Of a DNA stretch of 64,000 nt, positions 58,890-64,000 are shown one piece after another. A program made the translations under genes and the position numbers. The DNA is from a bacterium. Its GTDB lineage: Bacteria > Electryoneota > Electryoneia > Electryoneales > Electryoneaceae. Positions within the stretch are counted from its first letter, which is position 1. Each line of letters starts with the position of its first letter. The notes under the pieces are model-generated. The model was not told the DNA's origin. It saw only the letters and a list, made by a program, of their open reading frames with translations, and did not search any database. Where the stretch lies: positions 38,603-102,602 of the forward strand of contig JAIOHU010000194.1 in assembly GCA_019912845.1 (NCBI GenBank), given 5' to 3'.

Positions 58890-61800
58890 TTGTTCACGGG
58901 AGGAAATCAGGAAGTGATAAAGCCACGAGGAAATCTGTATTTTGGCACAAATCTATTGATCGCATTTCTCTCTATTTTCCTCAGTATTTCGACTTGTTAT
59001 TCTCACCATTATGGAAATATCCGTGTAAGCGGTGATTCAGACTATCCACCCTATGAATTCCTCAATAAAGATGGTGAACCGGATGGTTTTACTGTTGATT
59101 TGCTGAAAGCCATCGCCTCCAATCTGAACACCAGTGTTGAAATTAATCTGGATACATGGCAAAGGGTTATTGATAGACTTCGAGCTGGTGAAATTGATAT
59201 GATTTCCGGCTTATATTATTCTCTTGAACGTGATTCTCTTTTCGATTTTTCAACCCCTCATCTTTCAGTCAACCATGCTATTTTTGTTCGAGAAGATTCT
59301 CCCATCAACACTTTAGATGATATTCTTGACCAGACAATTATCGTGCAGGAGGGGGATATCATGCACGAATTTCTGTCTAATACCTCGCTTTTTCACGGTG
59401 AAATTGTTCTCGCGGAGAACCAGATAGAAGCATTTCATCTTTTGCTGGATGGTGTTGGTGATGCTGCACTACTCGCGAAATTACAGGCGATCTATTTCGG
59501 ACATCAGCATAAACACCTGGGTTACCGTTTCATAGATGTTCACTCCCTCGAACGCGACTACTGCTTTGCTGTTCAGGAGGGGAACGACAGTCTGATTACA
59601 ATCCTGAATGAGGGTTTGACCTACCTGAAAGCTACCGGGGAATATCAACAGATTTACAATAAATGGTTTGGTGTTTACGAACAAGGACAAACCCGACAGA
59701 CACTGGTGCGGATTTTAAGCTTCATCCTTGTACCCATCATCATTCTCATTCTTGGCATTTTAATATGGAATTGGTCACTCAAAAAAACTGTTCGGGCACG
59801 GACTGCTGACCTCAAATATCAACTGGAAGAAAGAGTTCGGACAGAAAAATCATTACGTCAATCAGAAAATAAGTGGCGCACTTTAGTAAAATACGCACCA
59901 GACATCATAATGATATTGCAATTGGACGGCACAATCGACTTCATTAACAAAACTGAAGGAAAATATTTTAAAGAAGAGTCGGTTGGAAATAATATATTTG
60001 ATCTGATTGACACCGACTATCGTGAAGAAGTGTTTGCTTTGATGGAACGAGTAAAAAAAACAGGGGAAGCGCAAACCCTTGAGCTGCCAATTCGTGATCT
60101 GGAAGGTGTTACTCACTGGTGGTTGAATAGATTGGGACCAGTAAAAGAAAATGGCGGGGCAACAAAACTGCTATGTATCAGCACTGACAACACAAAATCT
60201 CACCTGATAGCGAATGCACTTAAACAAGAACATGATCGCGCCCAAAATTACCTGGATATCGCTGGAGTTATTATCGTGGCACTCGACACAGATGGGTGCA
60301 TATCCCTGATAAATCGCAAGGGCTGTGAAATCCTGGGGTACCGCGAAGAGGAATTACTAGGTAAGAACTGGTTCGAAAAGATCATTCCCGAAAGCAAACG
60401 TGCTGATTTAAAGGCATATTTTTCTGAGTTAGTGGAAGCTACAGATCCACCAGTAAATGACGGCGAAAATCCAGTACTCACAAAAGATGGCGAAGAGAAA
60501 ATCATTCATTGGTACAACAGTCTGATACGTAACGAAAATGGTAAAATTATCGGTTCACTCAGTTCTGGAGAGGATGTTACTCGTCAGATTCAAATGCAGT
60601 TTGCGTTGGAAACCAGCGAAAAACGATACCGCCACCTGTTCGAAAAGAGTGTAGCCGGAATTTATGGTACTTCCCCTGATGGGACAATTAATGAGTGCAA
60701 TGACGCATTCGCCCGGATGCTTGGCTTTGATTCACCACAAGAAGTCCTGAGCTTAAATGCATACGATTTGTTTTACACGGAACGCGATCGAGAGAGTTTT
60801 CTGGAAGTACTCCTCACTGAAGGTACTGTTAGAAATTACGAGAGTAGACTGAAAAGCAAAGAGGGAAAACCAGTTGATATTCTCGAAAATGCAGTCGTCA
60901 TCACAAATAATACTGGCAGTCCGGTTGAGATTCAAGGTACCTGCATAAATATTTCAATGCGTAAAAGTACTGAAAGAGAGCTTCAACAATCGGAAAAAAG
61001 ATACCGTATGGTAGTCGAGAGTGCCAGTGAGATTATTTATATGGTTGATCGGAAGGGTAATTTTACCTTTGCCAATCAAGCTGGGCTTCGATTCACTGGT
61101 TATTCAATAGAGGAACTGAATAATTTCAAATACGAAGAGCTCATCCTGGATGAACACAGAGCCATGGTCAGACGGCACTACACCCGTCAACTCCTCCACA
61201 AAACACCATCAACATATCTGGAATTTCCATTTGAGAGAAAAGATGGACAGATAAAGTGGATTGGGCAAAATACCTCCCTCCGGCTTGAAAATGATAAAGT
61301 CGCAGGTTTTGATGTTATTGCCAGAGATATCACGCAACGAAAGAATGCTGAAGAGGCGATGAGAATCAGTGAACAACGTTTTCGTGATATATTTGAACAA
61401 TCAAACGATCTGATTTATGTAATTCAGGAGGGTAAGTTTAAGCTGGTTAATCCTGTGATGGCACGTACAATGGGATTTTCTGCCGAGAAGATGACCGATC
61501 CATCATTTTCAATGATTGAATTAATTGCAGATGAGAGCAAAGAGTTTATCCGAGATCGCCTGGACAATTTTGATGATTCCAATTCTGCGAGCTATGAACT
61601 CAAAACGATTTCAAATACTGGTGAAAGACGAGAGTTTGAAGTTAACCTCAGCCCAATCCGTTGGGAAGGAAAACCTGCCAAACTAGGCATCGCACGTGAT
61701 GTGACCGAGAAGAAGATGATGGAAGCCAAACTCATGCAGTCCCAGAAAATGGAAGCTATTGGCAGGCTGGCAGGTGGGGTTGCGCATGATTTCAATAACC

Positions 61801-62873
61801 TTCTGACTGCAATTACGGGCAATGTTGAACTGGTACGAATGCAGGTGGATGAAGAAAAGACATATTACCCAAACCTCCTCGATATCCGAAAAACTGCCGA
61901 CCGTGCAGCCAATTTAACCAAACAACTCCTCGCTTTCAGCCGACGGCAGGTTCTCGCACCCAAAATAATCAACCTGAATCAGGTTTTATCCGATATGGAA
62001 TTTATGCTCACCAAGATCATCGGTGAACAAATCGAATTGAGTACCTACTACGATGACGATCTCCCTGCTGTAAAAGCCGATCCTTCCCAGCTTGAACAGG
62101 TTATTCTGAATCTCGTCGTAAACGCCCGTGATGCCATGCCTCGAGGTGGCAAATTAACCCTGGAAACGACAAATGTTCTTCAGGGGAAAATGTCGTCCAA
62201 ATTGAAAGAAAGGTTGTTGTCTGGTGATTATGTGATGCTGGCAGTGTCTGACACTGGTGTAGGTATGTCCGAAAAACTGAAAAATCAGATATTTGAACCA
62301 TTTTTTACCACCAAGGAACAGGGAAAAGGGACTGGATTTGGTCTGGCGACTGTTTACGGTATCATCAAACAAAGCGGTGGTGAGATTACTGTATTCAGCG
62401 AGGAGGGTAAGGGGACAACCATGAAAGTTTACCTGCCTCGTTCCCTTGAGGTGAGTGAATACACGCGTCCATCTCTTTCAGCGGACAGCAGTGAAAATCC
62501 GACAGGTTCCGAGACGATTCTTGTAGTTGAAGATGACGAGGATGTCCGTGAACTAGTGATTCAGGCGTTAGAGTTTTTCGGGTATCATGTGCTTCACGCT
62601 ACCTCAGGAAAACGTGCACTGAAACTTTGTCTGGAAATGGAATCGCCAGTCGACCTGATCGTAACCGATATCATTATGCCCGAGATGAACGGTGATGAAT
62701 TTGTGCTCGAATTGCGTAAATTCTGGCAGAATGTACCTGTGTTGTTTATGTCTGGATACACCGAGACCGCCCTGGTTAACAAAGGCGAACTACCTCCCAA
62801 TACCCCCTACCTCCAGAAACCATTTCGACCACATATCCTGGCGCAAAAAATCCGTCAACTACTCGATCAGTAA
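58890..62873 (+). CDS. Hybrid sensor histidine kinase: periplasmic solute-binding-like domain, transmembrane helix, at least four PAS/PAC domains, HisKA, HATPase_c, receiver
   Basis: SBP_bac_3-like N-terminus between two transmembrane helices. Repeated PAS cores. H-box (GRLAGGVAHDFNNLL). N, G1 and G2 boxes (DTGVGM...GKGTGFGLA). Receiver domain with ILVVEDD...VTDIIMPEMNG. Confidence 0.8.
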   Translation: MFTGGNQEVIKPRGNLYFGTNLLIAFLSIFLSISTCYSHHYGNIRVSGDSDYPPYEFLNKDGEPDGFTVDLLKAIASNLNTSVEINLDTWQRVIDRLRAGEIDMISGLYYSLERDSLFDFSTPHLSVNHAIFVREDSPINTLDDILDQTIIVQEGDIMHEFLSNTSLFHGEIVLAENQIEAFHLLLDGVGDAALLAKLQAIYFGHQHKHLGYRFIDVHSLERDYCFAVQEGNDSLITILNEGLTYLKATGEYQQIYNKWFGVYEQGQTRQTLVRILSFILVPIIILILGILIWNWSLKKTVRARTADLKYQLEERVRTEKSLRQSENKWRTLVKYAPDIIMILQLDGTIDFINKTEGKYFKEESVGNNIFDLIDTDYREEVFALMERVKKTGEAQTLELPIRDLEGVTHWWLNRLGPVKENGGATKLLCISTDNTKSHLIANALKQEHDRAQNYLDIAGVIIVALDTDGCISLINRKGCEILGYREEELLGKNWFEKIIPESKRADLKAYFSELVEATDPPVNDGENPVLTKDGEEKIIHWYNSLIRNENGKIIGSLSSGEDVTRQIQMQFALETSEKRYRHLFEKSVAGIYGTSPDGTINECNDAFARMLGFDSPQEVLSLNAYDLFYTERDRESFLEVLLTEGTVRNYESRLKSKEGKPVDILENAVVITNNTGSPVEIQGTCINISMRKSTERELQQSEKRYRMVVESASEIIYMVDRKGNFTFANQAGLRFTGYSIEELNNFKYEELILDEHRAMVRRHYTRQLLHKTPSTYLEFPFERKDGQIKWIGQNTSLRLENDKVAGFDVIARDITQRKNAEEAMRISEQRFRDIFEQSNDLIYVIQEGKFKLVNPVMARTMGFSAEKMTDPSFSMIELIADESKEFIRDRLDNFDDSNSASYELKTISNTGERREFEVNLSPIRWEGKPAKLGIARDVTEKKMMEAKLMQSQKMEAIGRLAGGVAHDFNNLLTAITGNVELVRMQVDEEKTYYPNLLDIRKTADRAANLTKQLLAFSRRQVLAPKIINLNQVLSDMEFMLTKIIGEQIELSTYYDDDLPAVKADPSQLEQVILNLVVNARDAMPRGGKLTLETTNVLQGKMSSKLKERLLSGDYVMLAVSDTGVGMSEKLKNQIFEPFFTTKEQGKGTGFGLATVYGIIKQSGGEITVFSEEGKGTTMKVYLPRSLEVSEYTRPSLSADSSENPTGSETILVVEDDEDVRELVIQALEFFGYHVLHATSGKRALKLCLEMESPVDLIVTDIIMPEMNGDEFVLELRKFWQNVPVLFMSGYTETALVNKGELPPNTPYLQKPFRPHILAQKIRQLLDQ

Positions 62874-62994
62874 ATAACAGGTACTCGGTGATAAGGTCAC
62901 ATTGGGATTTCCTGAATTCTCATTTTAGTGTATTTCGGTTCATACTATTACATTTGTATTGATTCTATTGCGGTTCTCTCAAGTATTGTTAGAT

Positions 62995-63031
62995 CGCGTC
63001 ATGCCAGCGTGGGGTTAGCTGGCATCCAGGA
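62995..63031. repeat. Module F hairpin repeat (CATGCCAGC...GCTGGCAT), second copy
   Basis: cgcgtcatgccagcgtggggttagctggcatccagga matches 15263-15299. Confidence 0.5.
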
Positions 63032-63207
63032 AGGTAATAGTATTATTGATTTCAGGACTGATTGGAAGGCGGTAATCAGAACAACACGAACATATAGCCG
63101 TTTAGTATGAGACAATAATTCCAAAAATCAGTATAAGTAAAAACAGGGAAGCGTTTCAGCTTCCCTATTTCGTAAATCGTACAATTCACAACTTGAATTC
63201 CAGAGTT

Positions 63208-64000
63208 TTATTCACCCTTGAATTCCGCTTTCCGTTTCTCCAGGAAGGCAGTCGTACCCTCTTTGAAATCAGAAGTAGTACACACCATACCAAAGAGATC
63301 TGCTTCTACTTTCTGTCCTTCGGTAAGCGTCATGCCTGCGCCACGTCTCGCAGCTTCGATGGCAAAGCGAACAGCGATGGGTGCCTTATTGGTAATACTG
63401 GCAACCTTTTTCTGCACAGCTTCCATGAAACCATCCATGTCAGCCTGCTTCCGTCCCTTATCGTCGAGCTCAGGCTCGCCGGCATCATTGGTTTTCCAGG
63501 CATCAAAGACAGCGTTCACCAGACCAATATCGAGGGCACGTTTTGAGTTGATCATTTCGCCGTTTGCCAGCAACTCAACAGCGTTTCCATAGCCTACGAT
63601 CCGCATCAGACGTTGTGTTCCACCGTATCCCGGGATCAAGCCAAGATTTACTTCCGGTTGCCCGAAACGGGCACTTGAATGTGCGTAACGAATATGGCAC
63701 GCCATCGCCAGTTCACAACCACCACCCAGAGCAAAACCATTCACCGCAGCTATGACAGGCTTATCAAGACCCGCGATATGGTTCATTACATGCTGACCAT
63801 AAGTTGCAAAGGCTTTCGCTTCCATGGGATTCAATTTTGCCAGTTCACCGATATCAGCACCAGCGACAAAAGATTTCCCACCCGCACCTGTCAGGATAAT
63901 CGCACGGACTTCAGAATCGTTATTCGCCTCGCGTACGGCTTTGTCGAGTTCCTGAACCGTTGCAACATTAAGAGCGTTCAATACTTTGGGACGATTGATC
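63208..64000 (-). CDS. Enoyl-CoA hydratase/crotonase family protein, 5' end beyond the window
   Basis: Crotonase-fold motifs (ILTGAGGKSFVAGADI, GGGCELAMACH). The reading frame continues past nt 64000 (INRPKVLNALN...). Confidence 0.75.
   Translation of the reverse strand, partial: INRPKVLNALNVATVQELDKAVREANNDSEVRAIILTGAGGKSFVAGADIGELAKLNPMEAKAFATYGQHVMNHIAGLDKPVIAAVNGFALGGGCELAMACHIRYAHSSARFGQPEVNLGLIPGYGGTQRLMRIVGYGNAVELLANGEMINSKRALDIGLVNAVFDAWKTNDAGEPELDDKGRKQADMDGFMEAVQKKVASITNKAPIAVRFAIEAARRGAGMTLTEGQKVEADLFGMVCTTSDFKEGTTAFLEKRKAEFKGE

Overview
This 64 kb window is gene-dense bacterial chromosome, mostly + strand, with GC in the mid-40s by eye. It carries ordinary housekeeping genes: an ABC-F ATPase, a flagellin with a sigma-28-type promoter, hflK-hflC, mltG, pcrA/uvrD, nadC, mutM, pgeF/yfiH-like, comM/yifB, an acyl-CoA synthetase, prfA-prmC, a cyclophilin, a DsbD-like reductase, a hybrid sensor kinase and an enoyl-CoA hydratase. 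Interspersed with these is an expanded family of very large secreted proteins: seven LVIVD-type beta-propeller repeat proteins and one beta-helix protein, all ending in a type IX secretion (T9SS) C-terminal sorting domain. This points to a member of the Bacteroidota/FCB-type lineages, although the flagellin is unusual for that group. The intergenic regions around the cargo genes hold a genome-specific family of modular hairpin repeats. These include a perfect 2 x 360 bp tandem duplication, four copies of a ~55 bp stem-loop element, and a duplicated ~0.9 kb upstream block with conserved palindromes. The most unusual candidate system is a translationally coupled four-gene operon: hflK, hflC, a membrane-anchored Rad50/SbcC-like ATPase, and an Mre11/SbcD-like phosphoesterase with degenerate catalytic motifs. 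It is followed by a DUF502 / outer-membrane barrel / single-POTRA Omp85 cluster and a hicBA toxin-antitoxin pair. One cargo gene is split by a +1 frameshift in an A4 run. No rRNA, tRNA, CRISPR array, integrase or transposase was recognised. All functional calls rest on motif recognition in the supplied translations; no database search was possible.
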